Of a stretch of 64,000 nt of DNA, positions 47,829 to 56,822 are shown piece after piece (positions within the stretch are counted from its first letter, which is position 1; the number at the start of each line of letters is the position of its first letter). This DNA comes from Methanolobus sp. (GTDB taxonomy: Archaea > Halobacteriota > Methanosarcinia > Methanosarcinales > Methanosarcinaceae). Location of the stretch: assembly GCA_033549165.1 (NCBI GenBank), contig JAWSUM010000002.1:16211-80210 (forward strand). Direction: 5' to 3'. A model generated the notes under the pieces. The model was given only the letters and a program-made list of their open reading frames with translations. It did no database searches and was not told the origin of the DNA. The position numbers were made by a program, and so were the translations under genes.

Positions 47829-48254
47829 TCATTCGAGGACGTAGATTGAGCATGATGCAGGGAAATCGATTCCCTCGAACCTGCACCTCGACACCTTCCC
47901 CTTGAAAACCAGATACAGGAAGAACTTGAACAGTGCATACACACGGAAATAGAAGGAGAACAGGCCGACGGGAAAGTGACCGGAAATGTAGACGATATGC
48001 TTGTCATCCCGCATGCCGTCGTCGACGAATCTCACGACACCGTCAAAATACGCTCTTTCAAGAACCGTGCCCTGCCGCATACGCGGACCTATAACCACTA
48101 CGTCCTTTTCCATTCCATCCTCGCTTAAGCTCTTATCAACGAAGCCATAATTGAAAAGCGCGGGAATCGGAGAGATGAACTCTGTTTTGAATTGTGATCC
48201 TACCTTGCGGTATTTAAGGAAACTGTACTTCGGAGTCTCTATCACAATCCTCAT
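47829..48254 (-). CDS. Short, divergent family I inorganic pyrophosphatase-like protein
   Basis: IVIETPK.S..KY, NYGF, DG...DVVV, D....D.K motifs. About 141 aa from the ATG at 48254. Confidence 0.7.
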   Translation of the reverse strand: MRIVIETPKYSFLKYRKVGSQFKTEFISPIPALFNYGFVDKSLSEDGMEKDVVVIGPRMRQGTVLERAYFDGVVRFVDDGMRDDKHIVYISGHFPVGLFSFYFRVYALFKFFLYLVFKGKVSRCRFEGIDFPASCSIYVLE

Positions 48255-48471
48255 GAAAGCAATATTGGTAAATCTAATACAAAAAAGATAGTATAGGAGG
48301 TGCGAACGGGAAAGAAGGGTTGAATGCACAGGTTGGTGACATTGGTTTGTGTGGAGAGGTACTAGAAAAACCCGTTCGCAATTGTACAAACGACATTATG
48401 AGATAAAAACCTTTCGCCTTTATACGAACAATATGCCCGGAAGAAAAAGCAAGTGCAATAATAAGAATTTA

Positions 48472-49641
48472 TCATTCACTCTCAATGGCTTCAACCGGAT
48501 CCAGCCGGGCGGCACGCCTTGCAGGATAGACGGCTGCGACTATGTTGATCAGGAAAGAGAAGATGATCGCATAGACAAAATTAACCGGATCCAGCTTGAG
48601 AGGAAGTGTGGTCAGGCCGTAATAAGTCTCACTCGGTATGTCTATCGGGTAAGCTAAAAGCAAAACTGTGCCCACATATCCAAAAGCACACCCTAATAAA
48701 ACACCCATGGTTCCCAGGATCAATGATTCCAGCAGGAAGATCCTTGTTATGTGGCCCCTGGATGTCCCCATGGCCATCAGCATACCTATCTCCTTTTTCT
48801 TGTCCATTACAACGGTAATAAGGGTGTTCGCAACCCCGAAACCTGCGATTGCATAGATCAGTGCGTAAAACACCCATACGATCGCCACCTGGGTGTTGAG
48901 TAATTCGAGTATCTGGCTGTTAGCCTCGATCCAGCTCACCGCATCGAGACCTGTATCGGATTCCAGGGACTGTGCAATATTGTCTGCCTGGTAAGGGTCC
49001 CGCACCCTTACATTCATGCTGCTGGCAACCCCGCTTTCGCCAAAAAAGTCCTGAACAGTATCAAAACGTGCATAAGCAATACTTTCGTCAGCAGGTGTGC
49101 CACTGTCAAATATTCCCACCACCCGGAAAGACCTGGGCTCGGTTGTCGGGATGACTGCGTCCACGCTGTCCCCTACAACGACATCAAGATCTTCTGCAAG
49201 ATTGTCACCGATCACAATTCCATTATTCGTTCGTGAGATTTCGAACAAGTCACCGGAAACGAGATCATCTTCAATGTTCACTACAGCATTCTCAGTCGCA
49301 GGATCTATGCCCAGGAGATCCACACCTTCGGCATTGTCTTTATACTGCAACGCAGCCTGTCCTGAAAAAACGGTAGATACCGCTATGACATCTTCTGTGT
49401 TTCGGATCTGTTCAGAATAATAATCGGAAAAATGAATGAATTCCTGATCATCTTCCTGGGGAGTTATCACGATATGAGGCGAATTCTCCACAGTAGTGGC
49501 TATCAGCTCATCCGTAAATCCGGTCATCAGGGACATCATGACAACAATGACACCTATAGCCAGAGCTACCGCAAAAACGGCAAAGAATGTGAGTCTTTTA
49601 CGTGCACTGATGTGTCTTAGGGCGATCTGAAGTTCGTACAT
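48472..49641 (-). CDS. LolC/E-like ABC permease
   Basis: YELQIALRHI..RK, PHIVI, KKKEIGMLMAMG, YPARRAARLDP. Paralog of 46631. Confidence 0.9.
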   Translation of the reverse strand: MYELQIALRHISARKRLTFFAVFAVALAIGVIVVMMSLMTGFTDELIATTVENSPHIVITPQEDDQEFIHFSDYYSEQIRNTEDVIAVSTVFSGQAALQYKDNAEGVDLLGIDPATENAVVNIEDDLVSGDLFEISRTNNGIVIGDNLAEDLDVVVGDSVDAVIPTTEPRSFRVVGIFDSGTPADESIAYARFDTVQDFFGESGVASSMNVRVRDPYQADNIAQSLESDTGLDAVSWIEANSQILELLNTQVAIVWVFYALIYAIAGFGVANTLITVVMDKKKEIGMLMAMGTSRGHITRIFLLESLILGTMGVLLGCAFGYVGTVLLLAYPIDIPSETYYGLTTLPLKLDPVNFVYAIIFSFLINIVAAVYPARRAARLDPVEAIESE

Positions 49642-49724
49642 CTATCTGTTCCGGGGTTTGTTACTGATAGTTGGTATGTATACTTATAATATGTTTTGTA
49701 TGTACGGAAAGTAAAGCAAGAACA

Positions 49725-50351
49725 TCAACTGCTCGAAAGGGCGAGCTCCAGTCCGATAACAGAGAATATGCCTGCCTTTGCACGATTGACATACCTGCCA
49801 ATCCCCGGCCTCTCCATTATCCTGATACCGATATATCCTGCAAATACTGATATAAGGAAGAATACTGCCAGTGCCTGTATAAGAAAAACAATTCCCAGAA
49901 ATAGCATCTGCGAAGAGACACTTTCCGCTTCCAGGTTCACGAACTGAGGCAGGAATGCAAGGAAGAAAAGGGAAACTTTTGGATTCAACAGGTTCATGAA
50001 TATGCCACGCCTGTAAAGAAGCGAGAGGTTGCGCTCCTCTGGAGCATTGGAAGATATAAGTTCTTCACCTTCCTTCAGGGCCCTGAAGGCAAGATAGAGC
50101 AAATACACAGCACCCGCATATTTCAGAATACTGAAAGCCAGGGCTGACCTGTAAAGAATGGCAGAGACACCCAGTGCTGCAGCGGTGGTATGGAACAGCA
50201 GCCCGGTGCACAGACCTGATGCCGTTGCAATACCGGCCATCTTTCCCCGGGATATGCTCTGGGTAAGTACAAAAATAATATCCGGGCCCGGTAACAGGGT
50301 AAGGGCAACGGATGCGGCAACGAAATATACCAGTTGTGTAGGTTCTATCAT
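49725..50351 (-). CDS. LysE/RhtB-family exporter
   Basis: PGPD, LKYAGAVYLLYL, NLLNPK..LFFLAFLPQF. Confidence 0.92.
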   Translation of the reverse strand: MIEPTQLVYFVAASVALTLLPGPDIIFVLTQSISRGKMAGIATASGLCTGLLFHTTAAALGVSAILYRSALAFSILKYAGAVYLLYLAFRALKEGEELISSNAPEERNLSLLYRRGIFMNLLNPKVSLFFLAFLPQFVNLEAESVSSQMLFLGIVFLIQALAVFFLISVFAGYIGIRIMERPGIGRYVNRAKAGIFSVIGLELALSSS

Positions 50352-50558
50352 AGGATCACCATTTTTTGCATGTCCGGTTTACGTTTTCATGTATATGGAC
50401 AAAAATGATATAAATAAACCTTCCATTTAAGGAAATTAAAATCAGAAGACGAATACCCAATCAATGTTTCGTCCAACATCAATGGAGCATCTTACCTCTT
50501 GAATACTAATGGAGTTCATTATAACGGAAACTGTTCTTCCTTAGCAGGAGTGATCCTT

Positions 50559-51815
50559 ATCAAAGTAAAAATACCCTATGAAAAAGAGTACGTCGACCTG
50601 AATATAGAAATACCTCACGAGGTCATCAAACCTAACGAGGTCAAAACTGAACCTGAATCCGAAGTAATCTCCCACGCCCTGGAAAATCCTGTAGAGGTGG
50701 AATCCCTGAAGGAATTCATACTTAAGAGTGACAGGATACTAATACTTGTCAATGACGCCACCAGGCCAACACCCACAGCGAGAGTTCTTCTGGAGATAAG
50801 GGACATCCTGAGAAACCATAAAGATGTGAGATTCCTGATAGCTACAGGTGCACACAGGGGACCTACCGAGGAAGAATTCCGATACATCTTCGGGGAAGTT
50901 TATGATGAGTTCAGGGACAGGATATTCGTACATGATGCCCGCAGGGACAAGGATATGGAATATCTTGGCATCTCAAACAACGGAACAGAGATGTATCTCA
51001 ATAAGATGGTGAACGAATATAAGAACATCATCGTCATTGGAAGTGTGGAACCTCACTATTTTGCAGGCTATACCGGTGGAAGAAAGGCATTCCTGCCGGG
51101 AGTGGCATCATATAAGACAATCGAGATGAACCACAAGCATGCACTCTCTGATGCTGCACAGCCTCTGGCCATCAAGGATAACCCGGTTGCGGAGGACATG
51201 GATGATGCCATGAAGGTGCTGAAAGACCTGAAAGTTTTCTCCATACAGACCGTCCTGACAGCTGACCATGGACTGTATGCCATGATCGCAGGCGACCTTT
51301 TCAAGTCATTTGAGATAGCAGTTGAGAAAGCTAACGAAGTATTCGGTGCCAGGTGCAAGAGAAAAGGCAATATCGTCCTTACAGCAGCCCCTTATCCCAT
51401 GGACATAGACCTGTACCAGTCCCAAAAAGCGCTTGAGAACGGCAAGCTGGCACTGGAAGATGGAGGAGTCATCATCCTTGTATCCAAATGCAGGGACGGC
51501 GTGGGCGATGATACCTTCCTGAACCTGTTATGTTCTGCAAACACATGTGAGGATGTGATGGACAGGATCGAGGAAGGCTACAAACTGGGTTATCACAAAG
51601 CTGCCAAGATGGCACAGATAGGCATCTATGCTGAAATGTGGGCGGTTTCGGACCTTGATGACGACATCCTGAGAATGGCTAAACTGCAACCATGCAAGGA
51701 TATACAGGATACCTTTGATAAGGCAGTTGCAAAAATAAAGAATCAGGGAAAGGAACCCTATGCAGTGATACTGCCACAGGGTAGCCTGACTGTTCCGCTT
51801 CTGGAACAAAAATAA
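50559..51815 (+). CDS. LarA-family nickel-pincer-dependent racemase/epimerase homolog (start uncertain, 50499-50559)
   Basis: NDATRPTP, ATGAHR, EPHYFAGYTGGRK, NH, DLYQ..K motifs. Confidence 0.88.
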   Translation: MKVKIPYEKEYVDLNIEIPHEVIKPNEVKTEPESEVISHALENPVEVESLKEFILKSDRILILVNDATRPTPTARVLLEIRDILRNHKDVRFLIATGAHRGPTEEEFRYIFGEVYDEFRDRIFVHDARRDKDMEYLGISNNGTEMYLNKMVNEYKNIIVIGSVEPHYFAGYTGGRKAFLPGVASYKTIEMNHKHALSDAAQPLAIKDNPVAEDMDDAMKVLKDLKVFSIQTVLTADHGLYAMIAGDLFKSFEIAVEKANEVFGARCKRKGNIVLTAAPYPMDIDLYQSQKALENGKLALEDGGVIILVSKCRDGVGDDTFLNLLCSANTCEDVMDRIEEGYKLGYHKAAKMAQIGIYAEMWAVSDLDDDILRMAKLQPCKDIQDTFDKAVAKIKNQGKEPYAVILPQGSLTVPLLEQK

Positions 51816-51835
51816 AAATAAAAACTAAAAAAAGA

Positions 51836-53110
51836 TCAGAGCTGCATATAACGCGCAACTTCTCCGAGATCTTCCTCGATCCTGAGAAGCTGGTTGTACT
51901 TTGCAGTTCTTTCACTTCTTGCCGGTGCTCCGGTCTTGATCAGATCGGCAGCAATGGCTACGGATATATCAGCGATGGTCGTGTCTTCTGTTTCTGCAGA
52001 GCGATGGCTGACAACCACACTGTAACCGTTACGCGTTGCCATGTGTGCTGCATCCAGGGCTTCGGAGATGGAGCCTATCTGGTTGACCTTGAGCAGAAGA
52101 GCATTGCCCGCACACATCTCTATGCCTTTTGCAAGGCGTGCAACATTGGTCACGAAAAGGTCATCACCGACGATGATGGTATCCCATGCCTCTGCTGTGA
52201 GGGCTGCGAAGTCCTCGAAGGATTCCTCATGGAACGGGTCTTCAATGAGCACTATAGGGTATGTCTCAATGAGGTCGAGGTAATAATCAACAAGTTCAGC
52301 CGGTTGAAGCATTTTTCCGTCTATGGAATAGTTCTGGCCGTCAAAGAACTCCGATGCTGCAGCATCAAGACCAAGACTTATCTCGGATTCCGTATATCCT
52401 GCCTCTTCAATTGCCTTGATGAGAGAATCAAGGGCGTCATGCGTCATTTCAAGTGGAGGGGCATAGCCGCCTTCATAGCCCACATTCGTAGCCGATGCAC
52501 CGTACTTGGATTCCAGTACCTTGGCAAGTGCATGATAGGTCTCAGTACCCATACGCAGGGCCTCGGCAAATGAATCAGCACCCTTTGGCTGTATCATAAA
52601 CTCCTGGATGGACAGGTCGTTACCTGCATGTTTACCACCGTTGAGCACATTCATCGTCGGAACAGGGAGTGTATAAGAGTTAACACCACCGAGATACCTG
52701 TACAGCGGCACATTAAGGGAATCAGCTGCAGCTTTTGCAACTGCCATCGAGACTCCAAGGATTGCATTGGCACCAAGTTCCATCTTGTTGTCCGTGCCGT
52801 CAAGGGCAAGCATCAGGCCATCGATCTCACGCTGGTTCCTGACATCCATGCCCAGCAATTCGCTCTCGATGGTCGTGGTTACGTTATCAACTGCATCAAG
52901 TACGCCCTTTCCACCGTAACGGTCTTCCTTGTCGCGCAACTCAAGAGCTTCATTGCTTCCTGTGGATGCACCGGAAGGGACGCTTGCTCTGCCAAAGCCA
53001 CCTGGTGTATAAATATCCACTTCTACTGTCGGATTACCTCTTGAATCCAAAATCTCTCTTGCACGAATCTTTTGAATTTTATATTTAGTATCTTCGCTGA
53101 TATACGCCAT
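51836..53110 (-). CDS. eno: Enolase
   Basis: EILDSRGNPTVEV, PSGASTG, LLLKVNQIG, SHRS.ETED, IKTGA.ARSER..KYNQL. Confidence 0.97.
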   Translation of the reverse strand: MAYISEDTKYKIQKIRAREILDSRGNPTVEVDIYTPGGFGRASVPSGASTGSNEALELRDKEDRYGGKGVLDAVDNVTTTIESELLGMDVRNQREIDGLMLALDGTDNKMELGANAILGVSMAVAKAAADSLNVPLYRYLGGVNSYTLPVPTMNVLNGGKHAGNDLSIQEFMIQPKGADSFAEALRMGTETYHALAKVLESKYGASATNVGYEGGYAPPLEMTHDALDSLIKAIEEAGYTESEISLGLDAAASEFFDGQNYSIDGKMLQPAELVDYYLDLIETYPIVLIEDPFHEESFEDFAALTAEAWDTIIVGDDLFVTNVARLAKGIEMCAGNALLLKVNQIGSISEALDAAHMATRNGYSVVVSHRSAETEDTTIADISVAIAADLIKTGAPARSERTAKYNQLLRIEEDLGEVARYMQL

Positions 53111-53252
53111 CCTTATCCACCTTTCATTTATACACCTACTTTGCAATTACTGTATATATTGTTACCGTTCACAACGGAAGAGGGTACATGGATAACATAT
53201 GCCATTTATATTCACACAAATTATATAAACTCAAAAGTATTATAGTAACTAA

Positions 53253-53636
53253 ATGAAAACTGTGGGATTTAATCTTTTAGACGGCAAAGGATACGAAATT
53301 GTAGAATTACTACAGGGACTGCATGTACCCAGAACAGAATCCATATGTATAGCCTGCCTGGTCTGCGGAGAGGAATTGACATCCCAGGACATTGAAAGAG
53401 CATCGGGACTCAGGCAGCCGGAAGTCAGTATTGCTATGCGTCCGCTCAGGGACAGGAAATGGATCGAGGAGCGTAATGAGAAAAAGAACAGTGATAAAGG
53501 CAGGCCACTGAAATATTACAAACTCGTAGTGCCTTTTGACCACATAGTTGAGATCTTTGAAACTGAAGTTCTTAAAAAGAACAGAGAGATAGAGGAAGCA
53601 CTGGAACAACTGAAGGAGTTAAGTTCTGGCAGTTGA
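53253..53636 (+). CDS. Winged-HTH transcriptional regulator (archaeal ArsR/TrmB-like)
   Basis: SQDIERASGLRQPEVSIAMR, GRP.KYY.L. Confidence 0.8.
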   Translation: MKTVGFNLLDGKGYEIVELLQGLHVPRTESICIACLVCGEELTSQDIERASGLRQPEVSIAMRPLRDRKWIEERNEKKNSDKGRPLKYYKLVVPFDHIVEIFETEVLKKNREIEEALEQLKELSSGS

Positions 53637-53640
53637 GCAA

Positions 53641-54084
53641 CTAGATACTTCCAAAAGTTATCGGTGCAAAACCCCTGGTTTCATCAAACGATCTGCTGGC
53701 GGAAATTCCTGTAATTTCCATAATGAAGACCTCGACCACCATGAATATCTCACTTTTACCTCGCAGACAGCCTACTACAGGAGCCATGCCCCTGCCTGCT
53801 GCGGAGTGAAGGTGTATCTTTGGCTTATCCTCTTCTAAAAAGATATCACCGACACCTATTATCTCGTGTACCTCATTCAGATTTACCCATTTGGTCTCCG
53901 GGGGCACCTTGCTCTCCTTCGGGCCGACAACGAGATTAACTTCTCTGACAGCTCCAAGCAACACGAACAATGCAGACTTTATATCTTCTTTCTGTGCGAG
54001 GTTCTCCAGTTCGTAAAGCAGGTCATCCCCGTGATCCATCCTCACAGTAAAGATTCTTCCTATCGATCCTTTTGCATATTCCAT
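53641..54084 (-). CDS. PPC/DUF296 domain protein
   Basis: RMDHGDDL, LGAV, HEI.GVG, HLH..., E.FI.E motifs. Confidence 0.85.
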   Translation of the reverse strand: MEYAKGSIGRIFTVRMDHGDDLLYELENLAQKEDIKSALFVLLGAVREVNLVVGPKESKVPPETKWVNLNEVHEIIGVGDIFLEEDKPKIHLHSAAGRGMAPVVGCLRGKSEIFMVVEVFIMEITGISASRSFDETRGFAPITFGSI

Positions 54085-54088
54085 GGAT

Positions 54089-54799
54089 TCACCATCGGTC
54101 GTAATTATTATCTTCGAATATCTTGCCGTCCACAAGTCTGATTATGCGGTCTGTTTTCCTGGCCATTTTTTCATCATGGGTTACGAGTATGAAGGTCTGG
54201 CCTTTATCGCGGTTGAGTTTTCTGAGCAACTCATATATCATATCACTTGATTTCGTATCCAGGTTACCGGTGGGTTCATCACCTATAACAATACCCGGAT
54301 TGTTTGCAAGCGCCCTGGCAACGGCAACTCTCTGCGCCTGTCCTCCGGATAGCTGATTGGGACGGTGGTCTATTCTGTCACCAAGACCTACATCATCGAG
54401 AAGACCCGATGCTACCTTCTGTGCATCCTTTTTGTTCTTCCCTGAGATCAAAAGGGGCATCATTACATTCTCCAGTGCGGAAAAGTCAGGCAAAAGATGA
54501 TGATACTGGAAAACAAAACCCAGTATCTCGTTGCGCGCCCTGGAACGTTCCTTTTCCGACATTTCCGTAATAACACGACCATCTATTGTGATCTTGCCAG
54601 TCGTTGGTGTGTCAAGTATGCCTATCATATGCAAAAGAGTGCTTTTCCCGGAGCCAGAAGGTCCTATGATCGACAGGAACTCACCCCTTTTTATATCAAG
54701 GTCTATGCCATCCAGTGCACGTACTTCCACACCGTCCGAATAGACCTTCGAAAGGTCCCTTATCTCAATGATATTTGATTCGCCGTTCATGATAAACAC
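54089..54799 (-). CDS. LolD-like ABC ATPase
   Basis: GPSGSGKSTLLH, GFVFQYHHLLPDFSALENVMMPLLI, LSGGQAQR, DEPTGNLD. Confidence 0.93.
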   Translation of the reverse strand: MFIMNGESNIIEIRDLSKVYSDGVEVRALDGIDLDIKRGEFLSIIGPSGSGKSTLLHMIGILDTPTTGKITIDGRVITEMSEKERSRARNEILGFVFQYHHLLPDFSALENVMMPLLISGKNKKDAQKVASGLLDDVGLGDRIDHRPNQLSGGQAQRVAVARALANNPGIVIGDEPTGNLDTKSSDMIYELLRKLNRDKGQTFILVTHDEKMARKTDRIIRLVDGKIFEDNNYDRW

Positions 54800-55013
54800 A
54801 GAGAATTTGTAACACTAGATTTGAATTTACACTATTTCAATGTATGTGATTTTTTTGGATATGATGTTATTCACGGGAATTTCCGGATAATAAAATTATC
54901 TGTGAACTCATGGTTCACAAGAGTTTTTCCAGGTTGTTGATATTACTCCCATATTTTTCATTTATTAAAATAAGTGGGAAACCATTAAATACGTCACTTT
55001 TAAAATCCTTTGC

Positions 55014-55586
55014 ATGGAATCTTTCACGGATGCAAGACCTTTTGTCTCCGACAAAAAGTATGAAACAAAACGTCAAAAGGCATTATCACAGTTAAAAGAA
55101 GAACTCGAAAAAGGCTCGGTTGATCCGCCGATTATCGAATTACTGAAGGAGTTCGCAAAAATTCCCCACTGTTTCACTCTTCAGGGTTGCTACGGACATT
55201 TCGTTCACGATAAAGAGACAAATCCGCATAATGTCAAACCACTGAGCAAGTATTCCGGGGAACCTGGCAAAGTTCGTTATCGCATCGCATATATGGCATT
55301 ATGTATTCAGGATAATGATAACGGAAAGCAATTGTTTCGGGATCTGCGGGATCTTACGAAAATGGATGGCGGATTCATTCAATTCGGGAGTGCTGACTGG
55401 TTCTGGGAAAGACATGTCAACTCATACGCTGTGCAGGTGGAGCCGGAAAGAAGTAAAAACACTGACAGCGTCCGGATTGATTATGACGAAGCACTGTACA
55501 TAGAAAAACTGAAAAGTCGCTTTTTTGTTGCGTTGCTTGAAATCGCCCAAAAACATCAGAATCTGGCAGATCAGTCCGATCGCTAA
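55014..55586 (+). CDS. Hypothetical protein with TYW3/Taw3-like N-terminal motif
   Basis: KGSVDPPII.LL....IPHCFTLQGCYGH resembles TYW3 KGSVD.PI..LL......Y.TTSSCSGR. Confidence 0.6.
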   Translation: MESFTDARPFVSDKKYETKRQKALSQLKEELEKGSVDPPIIELLKEFAKIPHCFTLQGCYGHFVHDKETNPHNVKPLSKYSGEPGKVRYRIAYMALCIQDNDNGKQLFRDLRDLTKMDGGFIQFGSADWFWERHVNSYAVQVEPERSKNTDSVRIDYDEALYIEKLKSRFFVALLEIAQKHQNLADQSDR

Positions 55587-55638
55587 CTCTTTGCAATCAA
55601 GAAAAAGAACAGCAGCTATAACAAAAAAGAAAAAAAGA

Positions 55639-56745
55639 TCAGTAAGAAGGATCCATGCCATCTATCTGTGAGAATGCACGGTCAACTTCCTTATCGTTGG
55701 CTACACGTTCCTTTTTCTGTCTTTCATAGTTTATAGCGTCCACAGCTATGGAATAAAGGTTCTCGAGTTCAGATGCCGATTCGAGCGTAAGCACAGTGAG
55801 CACCTGGGGAAGCTCTTCGTTCCGTATGATAATACCCTTGAAAACATGGCCGACAGAGCTGGATAATTTTTCAACTTCTGATGAGATATCATCGATGCTC
55901 AGGTATTTCCTGTCACCTTTGATGATTACCATGGACCTGCTTGCTTCCTCGTACACGTCTGTTGAGAACAGCAGACCGGCAGGAGACAGAGCCTGTCGAA
56001 TGGCACTTCTGATAGGCATTTCTGAATCAGCTTCAAAGAAACCGATTGTTGCCAGTCCTGCACCGCCACTCATGACAGTCTTGAAGTCACCAAGGTCAGT
56101 GACCATCATCATTTCACTGTCAAGGGCATCCAGCAGGAACAGAAGACGCCTTGCGATCATGTCATTAATGCCATTGTAGGCAGATTCGACATTCCCCCCC
56201 ATCTGTTTGAGGAACTGGTTGTCAGCAAGGATGATACCATCCGAACCGCTCTCACGTATATCCCTCAGACAGAAAGCGGCATTCTGCAGGTAAAGAGTCC
56301 CTTCTTCCCTGAAGGGCAGGACTACCAGGGCATAAACAGGGAAATCGAACTTCTGTTTGAGCTCCTTCACAAGCATAGGGGTAAAGGATGAACCGGTACC
56401 TCCTGATGCGGAAGTCAGTACGAAGGCAACATCAAAATGACCCCTTTCCTCTATTTGCTTCATGATGTGGGCCTTGTTATCCTCAAAGACATGCTTGCCT
56501 ACATTTCTGTTGGCCCCTACGCCATGCAGGTGAGGGATATGGATCCTGTCCTTCGCCTTTGTGAATTTCAGTTCCTTGAGGTCGTTTATAGCAGTGTTTA
56601 TGGCAATGGTCTGGACATTGCTTTTGTATTTTTGTTGGGAGTAGAACTTGGCAAACCTTCCCTTATTACCAAAAGCCTCCCTGTTGATGGCATCAAGTAT
56701 ACGGTTCCCGCACTGCCCGTTTCCAACGATGAGTATATTGAGCAA
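55639..56745 (-). CDS. CetZ-like tubulin/FtsZ-superfamily GTPase
   Basis: IVGNGQCGNRI, AINTA..DL, GVGAN...G, SGGTGSS, LPF..EG, DN motifs. Confidence 0.88.
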   Translation of the reverse strand: MLNILIVGNGQCGNRILDAINREAFGNKGRFAKFYSQQKYKSNVQTIAINTAINDLKELKFTKAKDRIHIPHLHGVGANRNVGKHVFEDNKAHIMKQIEERGHFDVAFVLTSASGGTGSSFTPMLVKELKQKFDFPVYALVVLPFREEGTLYLQNAAFCLRDIRESGSDGIILADNQFLKQMGGNVESAYNGINDMIARRLLFLLDALDSEMMMVTDLGDFKTVMSGGAGLATIGFFEADSEMPIRSAIRQALSPAGLLFSTDVYEEASRSMVIIKGDRKYLSIDDISSEVEKLSSSVGHVFKGIIIRNEELPQVLTVLTLESASELENLYSIAVDAINYERQKKERVANDKEVDRAFSQIDGMDPSY

Positions 56746-56822
56746 CTGAGTCCTCCTAGTCTAATTTAAATATCATAAATATTATACAATATAAACCTAT
56801 TCTTTTGCTGTTACAGGACCTA

